Shown here one piece after another: positions 24,914 to 33,204 of a stretch of 34,686 nt of DNA. Numbering within the stretch: the first letter of the stretch is position 1; every line of letters starts with the position of its first letter. The translations under genes and the position numbers were made by a program. The DNA lies in IMG/VR virus record IMGVR_UViG_3300048852_000092, positions 1-34,686 of that record; one strand, 5' to 3'. The notes beneath the pieces are model-generated. The model was not told the origin of the DNA. It ran no database searches and worked only from the letters and a program-made list of their open reading frames with translations. This stretch comes from a virus (Duplodnaviria > Caudoviricetes).

Positions 24914-26934
24914 CAGGCCGCTCCTCTCAGGCTCTCGGTCAACTCCTCAGCCTTCAGCACCTCGCCGATGCGGGCGATGCGGAGCACGACGAATTCGAAG
25001 GGCGCCGAGGGCGCGACCGCGATGTCGCAATGGAGCCGCCCTTCGGCGCGCACTGCCGGCGGGTTGTTGCCCTCGTCGCAGCGCACCGCGTAGGCCGTCT
25101 CGGCTGTCGGCCCCAGGAGTGCGCCCTGGCCCCAGAGGCCGCGCAGGAAGCCGTCCAGTGCCAGGGCCAATCGGCTTCGCGTCGCGTGGTCGTTCGGCTC
25201 GAAGGCCGCCCATTGCAGGCCGCGCTCGGCGGCGCGGAGGATCAGCATGATGACCCGCCGCACCGGGATGAAGCGCGCATCCGGGTCGGAGGAGAGAGTG
25301 CGCGCGCCGAGGATGCGCAGCCCGCGGCCGGGTTCGGCGCGGATGACGTTCACGCCGAGCGTGTTGAGCAGCCCATGCGCCGCCGCGCCCACCGTCTGGC
25401 TCGGGGCCTCGGCCCAGGCGATCGGCCGGTTCGCCGCGGCGCGGTGCACCCCCTCCAGCCGGTCGGCGAGCGCGTGCTGGCCGGCGACATGGCCGGAGGG
25501 CGGCACCAGGCGCAGCCCGCCGCGCCCCAGCGGATCCACCACGCCGAGCCAGGGGAAGTGCAGCGCGGCGTGGCGGCTGTCGAAGCGCTGCCGCCAGGCC
25601 TCGATCGGCGCCATGCCGAGCCGCGGGTCGGCAATGGCGGAGAAGGGCGGATCGAGCAGCGCCATGCGGTCGCGCCGCGCCTCGCAATGCTCGACCAGCG
25701 CCTGCTGCACCTGGAAGACCGCTGCATCGGGGAAGACGGGCGGCATCTCGGCCGGTGGCAGCGGCCGGGCTGCCGGCGCCGGCGCCTCGGCGGGCGGGCA
25801 GCAGGCGCAGGGGTCGGCGGGCGGCGCCGGAATCGGCTCGATCACCGGCATCGGCGCGGGCCGCGCGACGATGTCCGGTATGGCCAGCAGCCCGATCTCG
25901 CCGATGCGCCCGAGCGCCTGCAACCCGCGCGGCCCGGTCGCCTCCGTCGCGGCTTCGCCGATGAAATCGCGCACCGCCAGCCCGGTCAGGCCGTCACGGC
26001 CGCCCGCCAGGTCGCGGAACACCCCGTCGTCCAGGGCCAGCGGCAGGGGAATGGCCGGCGCAGGCGCGTCCTCCACCGGCAGCACGGCGATGGGCGCCGG
26101 CACGGCGGGGGGTGGTGCCCGCTCGGCATCCAGGGCGTACCCCGGCCGTGCCAGCAGCGTCGGCGCGTGGCGCGGGTGCGAGGGCACCAGAGACAGGTCG
26201 GGGAAGACCGCTGCCACCCTGCCGCGCTCGCGCACCACCAAGGTGTAGCTCAGTGCCTCGAGCAGCAGCGGCCGGGTGGGGTCGAGAGGCGGCAGCGGCA
26301 GGTCGGTGGCGCGGCGCAGGCGCGGCTCCGGATGCACCCACCACAGCCGGCGCTCCGCCTCCTCCGCCAGGGCGCAGATCCGCAGCAGGTGCAGCGGCGC
26401 GGCGCCGCCGGGCTGGGTGATGCGCACCAGGCTGTCGCAGCCGAAGCCGGCGGTCCCGGTCACCTGCGTGGCGAAGCCGCCGCCCGCGGTGGCGATGCCG
26501 CGCGCCACCACCGCCCGGCCCGGCAGCACGGCGATGGAAAGCGCGTTGCCCCAACGCCCCGGGCTCGATGCCTCCACCCGCCAGAAGGGGCGCGGCGGCG
26601 TTCCCGGCGACGCGGCCGGGTCGCGCACATCCAGCGGCAGCGTCGCGGGCGCGGCGGCCCCGGGCGGGTCCTGCGCGGCGACGCGTACCACCCAGGCACG
26701 GCTGCCGCCGTTATCGAAGAAGCCCTTCAGCGCATAGGCGAGGATGCCGCCACCGGTGAAGCCGCCAAACTGCGCCTCGAAGTCGCGGAAACTCTCCACC
26801 ACCACCGGCCGGTCGAGCGGACCGCGCTCGGCGATACCGACGAAGCCCGTAATGTCCATGCGCGGCGCCGGCATGGCCGGCGGGCCGGCCCGCAGGCGTT
26901 CCATGGTGAGGCCGGGTGTCTCGTAGACCAGCAT
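24913..26934 (-). CDS. tail sheath protein 2
   Basis: YETPGL..DITGFVGIAERGP..ALKGFFDNGG; ASSPGRWGN; RMALLDPP; VPPSGHVAG; GVHRAAAN; LQWAAFEPND; AYAVRCDEGNNP; PFEFVVLRI. Confidence 0.95.
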   Translation of the reverse strand: MLVYETPGLTMERLRAGPPAMPAPRMDITGFVGIAERGPLDRPVVVESFRDFEAQFGGFTGGGILAYALKGFFDNGGSRAWVVRVAAQDPPGAAAPATLPLDVRDPAASPGTPPRPFWRVEASSPGRWGNALSIAVLPGRAVVARGIATAGGGFATQVTGTAGFGCDSLVRITQPGGAAPLHLLRICALAEEAERRLWWVHPEPRLRRATDLPLPPLDPTRPLLLEALSYTLVVRERGRVAAVFPDLSLVPSHPRHAPTLLARPGYALDAERAPPPAVPAPIAVLPVEDAPAPAIPLPLALDDGVFRDLAGGRDGLTGLAVRDFIGEAATEATGPRGLQALGRIGEIGLLAIPDIVARPAPMPVIEPIPAPPADPCACCPPAEAPAPAARPLPPAEMPPVFPDAAVFQVQQALVEHCEARRDRMALLDPPFSAIADPRLGMAPIEAWRQRFDSRHAALHFPWLGVVDPLGRGGLRLVPPSGHVAGQHALADRLEGVHRAAANRPIAWAEAPSQTVGAAAHGLLNTLGVNVIRAEPGRGLRILGARTLSSDPDARFIPVRRVIMLILRAAERGLQWAAFEPNDHATRSRLALALDGFLRGLWGQGALLGPTAETAYAVRCDEGNNPPAVRAEGRLHCDIAVAPSAPFEFVVLRIARIGEVLKAEELTESLRGAA

Positions 26935-26971
26935 TTGCCTTCCCCGCTCCCTGCCGCTCCGCGCCGCCCGC

Positions 26972-27418
26972 TCAGGCGATCTCCAGCGCGATCCCCTCGT
27001 GCACCAGTTCGATGGATTCGATGGCGACCTCGTTGCCGTTCGCCTTCAGGCTCGGCCCCTCGATCTTGTTCGGCCAGGCCTGACGGAAGCTCCAGCGCAG
27101 GACATCGTTGTGCGCCTCGTCCATCAGCACCACCGCGCCGTCGCGGCGGTCGGGCACGCCGCGCGCGATGTTGCCGTACCACTGCCAGAGCAGGTCGTTC
27201 TGCACGTAGCCACGCTTGAGCGAGATGGGCCCGACCTTGCGCAGTCCGACCAGCTTGCGCACGAGGTTGTCGCGGTCCGTGCCCTCGCGGTAGTCCACGG
27301 CGTCGCCATCGGTGGACAGGCCGGAGACCTCGCTGAAGGCGCCGATCGGCAGGTTGTCGATCTCGACGCGGAAGTTGAAGCCGCGATATGGGTCGTTGCG
27401 CGCACCGGTGGCGGGCAT
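26972..27418 (-). CDS. major tail tube protein (T4 gp19-like, Afp1-like)
   Basis: DPYRGFNFRVEID..FSEVSGL..YREGTD..RKLVGL..ISLKRG..AWPNKIEGPSLKANGNEVAIESIELVHEG. Confidence 0.97.
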   Translation of the reverse strand: MPATGARNDPYRGFNFRVEIDNLPIGAFSEVSGLSTDGDAVDYREGTDRDNLVRKLVGLRKVGPISLKRGYVQNDLLWQWYGNIARGVPDRRDGAVVLMDEAHNDVLRWSFRQAWPNKIEGPSLKANGNEVAIESIELVHEGIALEIA

Positions 27419-27445
27419 GGCTCGGCGCTCCTCAACCGTTCAGGG

Positions 27446-30400
27446 TCAGTCCTGCGCCTCGGCCGTCTTCAGGCCGATGCGGATGATGACGAACTCGGCC
27501 GGCTTCACCGGCGCAATGCCGACGACGCAGATCAGCCTCCCGTTATCGATGTCGGCCTGCGTCATCGTGGTGCGGTCGCAGATGACGAAGAAGGCGTCCT
27601 CGGGCTTCGTCCCCTCCAGCGCGCCGTCGCGCCAGACGGTGGTGAGGAAATTCCCGATCGCCCGGCGCACGCGGGCCCAGAGCGGCGGCGCGTTGGGCTC
27701 GAAGACCACCCATTGCAGGCCCCGGTCCACCGACTTCTCGATGAAGATCATCAGTCGGCGGACGTTGACGTATTTGAAGTCCGGATCGCTGGTGAGGACG
27801 CGTGCGCCCCAGATGCGGATCGCCCGGTTGTCGGGGCGGAAGTCGCGGATGACGTTGATGTTGACGGGATAAGGATTGAGCAAGTCGTGCTCGGCCTTGT
27901 TCAGGTAGCGGCGCAGCCCGGTGATGCCGCGCACCACCTCGTTGGCCGGGGCCTTGTGCACGCCGCGCTCGATGTCGGTGCGGGCATAGACGCCCAGCAC
28001 ATGACCCGCGGGCGGGATCGGCACCTGGCGGATCGCGGCCAGGTTCTCCGGCATGGCGTCCGGCACCAGCAGCCAGGGATGGTAGAGCGCGGCGTATTTC
28101 GTGTCGTAGCGCTGCCGCAGCGCCTGCACATCGGCCATGCTGTCGGCCTCGGGCGCCGGCCCGTCCAGCACCGCAAAGCGGTAGCGCAGTTCCTCACAGT
28201 GGTTGACCAGCGCCTGCTGGATCTGCTCATGCGTCTGCCCGGGTGCGGCAACCAGGCTGATGTCGTCCACATTCTTCAGGGCGGGAATGCCGCGGCGGTT
28301 CTCCGGCTCGCGGTCGTCGGCGCCGACGAAGACCAGCGGCGTCAGCAGGCCGAGCGCATCGTTGCCGCCGGCCAGCGGATGGCGCGCGGCACGGGTGACG
28401 CCGCTCGGCATCCGGTCCACCAGGGCTTCAGGGCCGAGGTTCACCTCCTCCCGGTCGGCCGCCGTGGTGCGCAGGTCGGTCAGGCGCACATAGGCGGACT
28501 CGCCCTCCGGCCGCCGGTCGGCGCGGCGCAGCGGACCATTCGCGTCGCCGAGCACGCGCACCGCATAGCGGCTGTGCCGCGGATCCATGGAGAGGTAGCG
28601 GAAGACCTCGGCGTCGAGGATCTGCTCGCCACGGCTCGGCACCGCCGGGTCGTCCTGCCGGCGCAGCCGGACGGTCAGGCGGAACTCGCGCGAGCGCACC
28701 GGCACGCGTCCGGCGCCGATGGCGGCGAGCTGGCCCGGATCGAGCCCCGGCGCGGCCAGCGTCACCCGGCCGGCGCTCCGGTCGAGCGCGATGACCTGCA
28801 GCAGCGGGCCGATCACCGCACCGTCGTCGCCCCGCATCTCGAGCAGCGTGCCCGGTTCGATGCCGGCCAGGCTGGAGAGCCTCAGGCCGGTGCTGCCGAT
28901 CGCCCCGGTCGCGTCGCAGCGGCTGACCAGGCCGGTCTCCTCCGCCTCAGCGGAGACCAGCAGCCGGTCGCCCCAGGAGCCGGTGTCGAGCGCCTGGACG
29001 AGCAGCAGCGCCGCCCGCTGCGTGAGGGCAGCACCGGCCGGCTGGTTGCGTGCCAGCGGCAGGGTGAGGGTGACGAGTTGCGGGATGGAAGCGGTGGATC
29101 CGGTGATGCGGTGAAGGTAGGCCACGCCATCCGGCGTGGTGAGGCGCAGCGCATCGCCGGCGGCGTAGCTGCCGATCTCGTTCGCCAGGATCTCCGTCGC
29201 GCCCGCCGCCGCGGCCTGGAGCAGCAGCCCCGCAGGCCGCGCTGCGGGAGGCGGCAGCAGCGCCTGCTGCAGCTGCACCTGCGTGCCCGTCGCCCGCGCC
29301 ATGCGCAGCCCGTGCGCCAGCACGACCAGGCCCGGATCGGCCCCGGCCGTGGCACGAGGCCCCGGCAAGGCGAGGATCACCACTTCCTCGGTGTCCGGGC
29401 CGGTGCCGATGCGCAGCGCCTCGCCGACATCAAGGCCAGCGCGGCTGGCAAGCGCGATCTCCACCGCGCCGCGCGCCGCCTCGGCGGTCAGCACCGTCGG
29501 CGCGGTACCGCCGTCATCGGCCAGCTGGACCGGTTCAACCAGCGTGCCGGCCGGCAGTGGCGCGAGCGTCGCGCGTGCCAGGGCGAGTCGCCCTGGGGAG
29601 GCGACGGCGCGCAGCTCGGTCGGGCCAGTGCCGGCGGGGCCGGCCTCGAGGATCGGCCCTGCACCGGTCGCGGCCACCTGCAGCGCGATGTCCCCAGCGG
29701 CCGCTGCGACCGTCGCCGTCGTCGTCGGCGCGCCTGGCGCGGCCTGCAGCACGGTCACGGTGGTGCCGGTGACCGGGAAGCCGGTCTGCAGCGCCCCGGC
29801 CAGGGTGAGCCGGAACTGGTTGGAGACGCCGGTCGGCACCACGGCCGAGACGCGGCGGAATTCGCGCCGGTCCGCCAGCGCCAGCTCCACCAGGTCGTCC
29901 GCCAGGTTGAAGGCGCTGTCCAGCGCCGGGCCACCGGACTGGGTGACGAGGATGGCGGTTGCGCCCGGCTCGGCCGCCTGTGCCAGGCCATGCGGACCGC
30001 CGATGCCGGGGGTGAGGCTTCGCGCATAGCGCCGCACCTCGCCGCCGGCGGCCAGATGCCCGGCCAGCGGGAAGCTGAGCACGAGGGCCGCCGCCCCCGT
30101 CACCGCCGCCACGCTGTGCCATTCCGCGGCACTGCCATCGCCCAGGCGCACCACGCCGCCGGCCGAGAGGCCGGTATTGTCGAGCGCCAGGAGCTCACGC
30201 GGGGCCGCCAAGCCGTCGCCGATCTGGGCGCCGCGCAGCAGCGCGTTGGCGCGCTGGTTCAGGCCAGGGCGCAGGCCGTGCAGTGTCATCTCCGCCTGGG
30301 CCGAGCCGGCCGGCACCACACGCGTGACGTAAAGGCGCCGGCCGCCGTTGCGGAAGAAGCCCTCGACGGCCACGGGCATGTGGCCATTGTCGCCAAAGAG

Positions 30401-30589
30401 CCGACGGTCGAGCAGGCCGCCGAACCAGCGGGCGTAGTCGCCCGGGCCGGTGACCAGGATCGGCACATTCACCGGGCCACGTTCGGCAAGTCCGATCATG
30501 CCGGCCGTGGAGGTGCTGACCCCCTCGATCGGCTTCGGGCCGGTATCGATCTCTTCGACGTAGACGCCAGGCGACAGGTACTCAGGCAT
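27446..30589 (-). CDS. major tail sheath protein, unusually large (1047 aa)
   Basis: MPEYLSPGVYVEE..IEGVSTS..GLAERGP..GFFRNGG; C-terminal HCEELRYRFAVLD, YAALYHPW, RGVHKAPANE, WGAR, VNVRRL, WVVFEPN, PAEFVIIRI. RBS GGAGG at 30603-30599. Confidence 0.97.
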   Translation of the reverse strand: MPEYLSPGVYVEEIDTGPKPIEGVSTSTAGMIGLAERGPVNVPILVTGPGDYARWFGGLLDRRLFGDNGHMPVAVEGFFRNGGRRLYVTRVVPAGSAQAEMTLHGLRPGLNQRANALLRGAQIGDGLAAPRELLALDNTGLSAGGVVRLGDGSAAEWHSVAAVTGAAALVLSFPLAGHLAAGGEVRRYARSLTPGIGGPHGLAQAAEPGATAILVTQSGGPALDSAFNLADDLVELALADRREFRRVSAVVPTGVSNQFRLTLAGALQTGFPVTGTTVTVLQAAPGAPTTTATVAAAAGDIALQVAATGAGPILEAGPAGTGPTELRAVASPGRLALARATLAPLPAGTLVEPVQLADDGGTAPTVLTAEAARGAVEIALASRAGLDVGEALRIGTGPDTEEVVILALPGPRATAGADPGLVVLAHGLRMARATGTQVQLQQALLPPPAARPAGLLLQAAAAGATEILANEIGSYAAGDALRLTTPDGVAYLHRITGSTASIPQLVTLTLPLARNQPAGAALTQRAALLLVQALDTGSWGDRLLVSAEAEETGLVSRCDATGAIGSTGLRLSSLAGIEPGTLLEMRGDDGAVIGPLLQVIALDRSAGRVTLAAPGLDPGQLAAIGAGRVPVRSREFRLTVRLRRQDDPAVPSRGEQILDAEVFRYLSMDPRHSRYAVRVLGDANGPLRRADRRPEGESAYVRLTDLRTTAADREEVNLGPEALVDRMPSGVTRAARHPLAGGNDALGLLTPLVFVGADDREPENRRGIPALKNVDDISLVAAPGQTHEQIQQALVNHCEELRYRFAVLDGPAPEADSMADVQALRQRYDTKYAALYHPWLLVPDAMPENLAAIRQVPIPPAGHVLGVYARTDIERGVHKAPANEVVRGITGLRRYLNKAEHDLLNPYPVNINVIRDFRPDNRAIRIWGARVLTSDPDFKYVNVRRLMIFIEKSVDRGLQWVVFEPNAPPLWARVRRAIGNFLTTVWRDGALEGTKPEDAFFVICDRTTMTQADIDNGRLICVVGIAPVKPAEFVIIRIGLKTAEAQD

Positions 30590-30613
30590 TGGGGCGAACC
30601 TCCGCGGGGCGTG

Positions 30614-30629
30614 GGCAGGGGACGTGCCA
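30614..30629 (-). promoter_or_regulatory. candidate internal sigma54 (-24/-12) promoter for the sheath/tube genes
   Basis: Minus strand TGGCACGTCCCCTGCC has GG-N10-GC spacing and a perfect TGGCACG -24 box, 25 nt upstream of the sheath ATG. Confidence 0.6.
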
Positions 30630-30665
30630 GGGGACGTGCCAGGGGACGTGCCAGGGGACGTGCCA
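30616..30665 (-). repeat. perfect 12-bp tandem repeat x4 (TGGCACGTCCCC on the minus strand), intergenic
   Basis: AGGGGACGTGCC starts at 30617, 30629, 30641 and 30653 on the plus strand. Confidence 0.97.
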
Positions 30666-30682
30666 AAGAGCGTTGCGCGCGG

Positions 30683-31858
30683 TCATGGCAGGCGAAGCTC
30701 CTCGACCAGGACCGGGCCGCCGGGGCCGAGATCCACCAAGCGCTGGACCGTGGAGTGGCTCACCGCCGCGATCTCCAGCGTCAGCCGTGCGGCCCGCTGC
30801 AGCGCCGGCAGGCGGAACCGGCCATCGGGCCCGGTGGTGGCAAGAAGCGGCAGGATCGGGTGGTGCTCGGCGGGCGGGACGCCGCCCGGGGTCTCGACCT
30901 CGACGAAGGCGAAGCCGGCGAAACCCGAGGTGTCGGCGAGCAGGAGCACGGCATCGGCGGGCGCTGCGGGGCGGCGCAGCGCCACGGCCGGCGCCGGCAG
31001 CGCAGGCAAGGCGCGGCGCACCGCGGTGCCTTCCGGGTGCGCGCGGCGGAGTGGATGTGCCAGCGTCACCGTTGCCGGGGCATCAGCGGCAAGGGCGCCC
31101 TCGATGGCCGTCACGGCCAGCACCTCAAGTCGCTCCGGGTCGCCGGGCTCGATCAGCAGGATGTCCGGACTGCCCGGCACCGGAGGCATGGCGAGCCCCT
31201 GCCGTCCGGAGAGGCGGATCACCGTCTCCCCGACGCCGGCGCCGCGCAGCAGCGCGTAGGGCTGCGGATCCGGCAGCAGCTGGCGCCGCCGGGCGGCGGC
31301 GGCCTGCGGCCCGATGGCCGCGCGCGCGGCACGCAGGCCCCCGCCCGCCAGGGCCAGAAGTTCCTCCTCGGGTGCGTTGGTCACGGGGTGGCGTTGCCGG
31401 GGCTCGAAGTCCACCACCCTGACTGTTGCGCCCGGCAGTGGGACGGGAGTGCTGCCGGCGGTATCCAGCACGCGGCCCCAGATCGCCACCGGCTCCGGAT
31501 GCAGCGCCACCGGATGGGTGGGCTGCGGCGGGATGGCGTTCAGCGTGGCACCCGCCTGCTGCGGCAGGTGCCCGGGCGCACCGACCTCCGCCGCCACCCT
31601 GGTGCCGGCGATCATGGCCGGCGGCAGGAAATCCACCGGCCGGCCGGCGAGCCCGGCCCGCCCGCGCGGCCCGCTGCGCGCCACCAGGCCGGGGCGGTCA
31701 AGCAGTGTCCCCACAGTGACCACCTCAGGCGCGACGCCGGTCAGCTCCCCGGTAACGCTCAGGTCCAGCAGCACCTGCAGCCGCTGCATCGGGGCCGGCG
31801 TGCCGTCCGGGCAGAAGCGCCAGAGCCGCCCTGCGGCGGTAACCGGCCGGCAGCTCAT
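30683..31858 (-). CDS. hypothetical eCIS accessory protein (carboxypeptidase-regulatory/Ig-like ends plus sheath-type beta repeats)
   Basis: IWGRVLDT..PLPGATVRV and TTGPDGRFRLPAL motifs. Lies between the DUF4255 and sheath genes with an ATGA overlap. Confidence 0.7.
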   Translation of the reverse strand: MSCRPVTAAGRLWRFCPDGTPAPMQRLQVLLDLSVTGELTGVAPEVVTVGTLLDRPGLVARSGPRGRAGLAGRPVDFLPPAMIAGTRVAAEVGAPGHLPQQAGATLNAIPPQPTHPVALHPEPVAIWGRVLDTAGSTPVPLPGATVRVVDFEPRQRHPVTNAPEEELLALAGGGLRAARAAIGPQAAAARRRQLLPDPQPYALLRGAGVGETVIRLSGRQGLAMPPVPGSPDILLIEPGDPERLEVLAVTAIEGALAADAPATVTLAHPLRRAHPEGTAVRRALPALPAPAVALRRPAAPADAVLLLADTSGFAGFAFVEVETPGGVPPAEHHPILPLLATTGPDGRFRLPALQRAARLTLEIAAVSHSTVQRLVDLGPGGPVLVEELRLP

Positions 31859-32478
31859 GCCCGCGGCTCCGCGGCAAGACCGTATTCGGGCTCGACGATG
31901 GTGACCGGTGCGCCGGTCGCCATCTCGCGCGTGGCGAAGATCGGCAGCAGGCTGACCTCGTAGGAGAGGCAGAGCTGGTACGGGCGATCGAGCGCGTCCC
32001 AGACGCGGGTGATCTCGTCGAGCGCGAGCGTTTCCAGCCGCACGGTCAGCTCGAGGCCGCTGCCCGCCAGCTCGCCGAGCAGTTCGGCGCCGGCGAGGCC
32101 GGGACGGTCGTGAAAGCCTTCCAGCACCTTGCCGATGACCAGTTGCTCGATCTCCGGCGCGCCGACGGCACCGTTGCCGCTGGTGACGATGGGCGTGACC
32201 AGGTAGTGCAGACGTACCGGCAGGGCGGCGCGGCGCATTCGGTCCGGCGCCACCCGTACCGGAGGCTGGTTGAGCCGGAACTCGTCACGAACAATTCGGT
32301 AGAGCCAGAGCGACAGCCCCTCCTCCGGGATCTCCGCCATCTCCTGCGGCGTGTGAAGCGAGACGCGCGCGGTGCCGCCTGACCCGAAGCGGGTGCCAAG
32401 CGGCGCGGGGGCAGCGGCGAGGAGGTCGGCCAGCCGCCGCTGCAGGCTCACGCTTGTGCCGTGGATCCAGGTGAACAT
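31855..32478 (-). CDS. DUF4255 / Afp16-Pvc16-like tail terminator (cap)
   Basis: ATG 32478 in a TGATG overlap. LSLWLYRIVRDEFRLN..LPVRLHYLVTP..EQLVIGKVLEGFHDRP..LDEITRVWDAL..YQLCLSYEV. Confidence 0.92.
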   Translation of the reverse strand: MFTWIHGTSVSLQRRLADLLAAAPAPLGTRFGSGGTARVSLHTPQEMAEIPEEGLSLWLYRIVRDEFRLNQPPVRVAPDRMRRAALPVRLHYLVTPIVTSGNGAVGAPEIEQLVIGKVLEGFHDRPGLAGAELLGELAGSGLELTVRLETLALDEITRVWDALDRPYQLCLSYEVSLLPIFATREMATGAPVTIVEPEYGLAAEPRA

Positions 32479-32735
32479 CAGCCGGGGCGCTTCACGCGTG
32501 CCGGCCCGGCACGCCACAGGGCACGGCCATCCGGTCCCTGCACGCGCTCCAGCTCCCCGCTCCGCTCCAGCTCTTCGAGGGCGTCGGCCAGAGCATGCAG
32601 TCCGCGGAGGAAGCGCTGGTGGAGAATCCACCAGTGGGCAATACCCTCCATGCTGTCCGCGGCGTCCGGGTGCAGGTCCAGAAACGCAAGAACCTCGCGC
32701 TTGAGCTCATCCCTGAGTGTCTCGTCATCGCTCAT
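32478..32735 (-). CDS. small winged-helix-like hypothetical protein (85 aa), first gene of the operon
   Basis: VLAFLDLHPDAADSMEGIAHWW..ALEELERSGELERVQGPDGRALWR follows a helix-helix-helix-beta-hairpin pattern. Translationally coupled to the DUF4255 gene. Confidence 0.75.
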   Translation of the reverse strand: MSDDETLRDELKREVLAFLDLHPDAADSMEGIAHWWILHQRFLRGLHALADALEELERSGELERVQGPDGRALWRAGPARVKRPG

Positions 32736-32767
32736 GTACCGACCGTGGCTGGCGGTGGAGCGGGAGA

Positions 32768-32784
32768 CGCAACCCTCATGCCAG
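32768..32784 (-). promoter_or_regulatory. sigma54 (-24/-12) promoter of the eCIS operon
   Basis: Minus strand CTGGCATGAGGGTTGCG matches TGGCAY-N5-TTGC with exact GG-N10-GC spacing, about 33 nt upstream of the first ATG (32735). Confidence 0.85.
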
Positions 32785-32801
32785 CGGAGAATTGCCTTTT
32801 C

Positions 32802-32814
32802 TATCAGTAAGTTA
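32802..32814 (+). promoter_or_regulatory. IHF binding site
   Basis: TATCAGTAAGTTA matches WATCAR-N4-TTR. It lies in an AT-rich patch at about -45 to -57 from the inferred start site, the usual location at sigma54 promoters. Confidence 0.75.
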
Positions 32815-33204
32815 TCGAACCCGACCTGGCGGCAGCGGGTTGGCAGTGACCCAGGGGCGAGAAGAACGGTCAGCATGACGGCCGTGCGGCCGGGTCGTCC
32901 GCAGCCCGGGGTGGGTCGGATAGGCCGCATCCGGCCGCACGGCTGCTATTCGGGCACTCGGCCTCTGCCCCGGCTCGCGGCGCTGTCACGGCGGCGGGGC
33001 TGCTCTCCGCCCCACCGCCTGTCCCGAGAGCTTCCAGGCCGACATCGCCCGCCTCTGCCGCGGGCCACAACATGTCTCATCCTGGCTTTACGGAGGCGGC
33101 CCTCGCTCGTCCAAATCGAGAGCTGATACACCGGAACTCAGTGCACCTTGCTCGAAGCGGTTCCGCACCGCCTGCTTCTCGGTTGGCGAAAGTCCGTCCC
33201 ACCA

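Noticed and set aside
30616-30665. Possible CRISPR or iteron array
   Set aside because: The 12-bp units are directly adjacent with no spacers, and there is no cas or rep gene.
26999-31963. 1654-aa plus-strand ORF and other long plus-strand ORFs (e.g. 13853-16534, 17942-21190, 6372-8765)
   Set aside because: Antisense shadows of real minus-strand genes. High GC suppresses stop codons, and the translations have no recognisable motifs.
1385-32735. Prophage, R-type tailocin or T6SS
   Set aside because: No capsid, portal, terminase, integrase or lysis genes, and no TssJLM, TssK or ClpV. DUF4255, DUF4157 and the Afp15-like ATPase point to eCIS.
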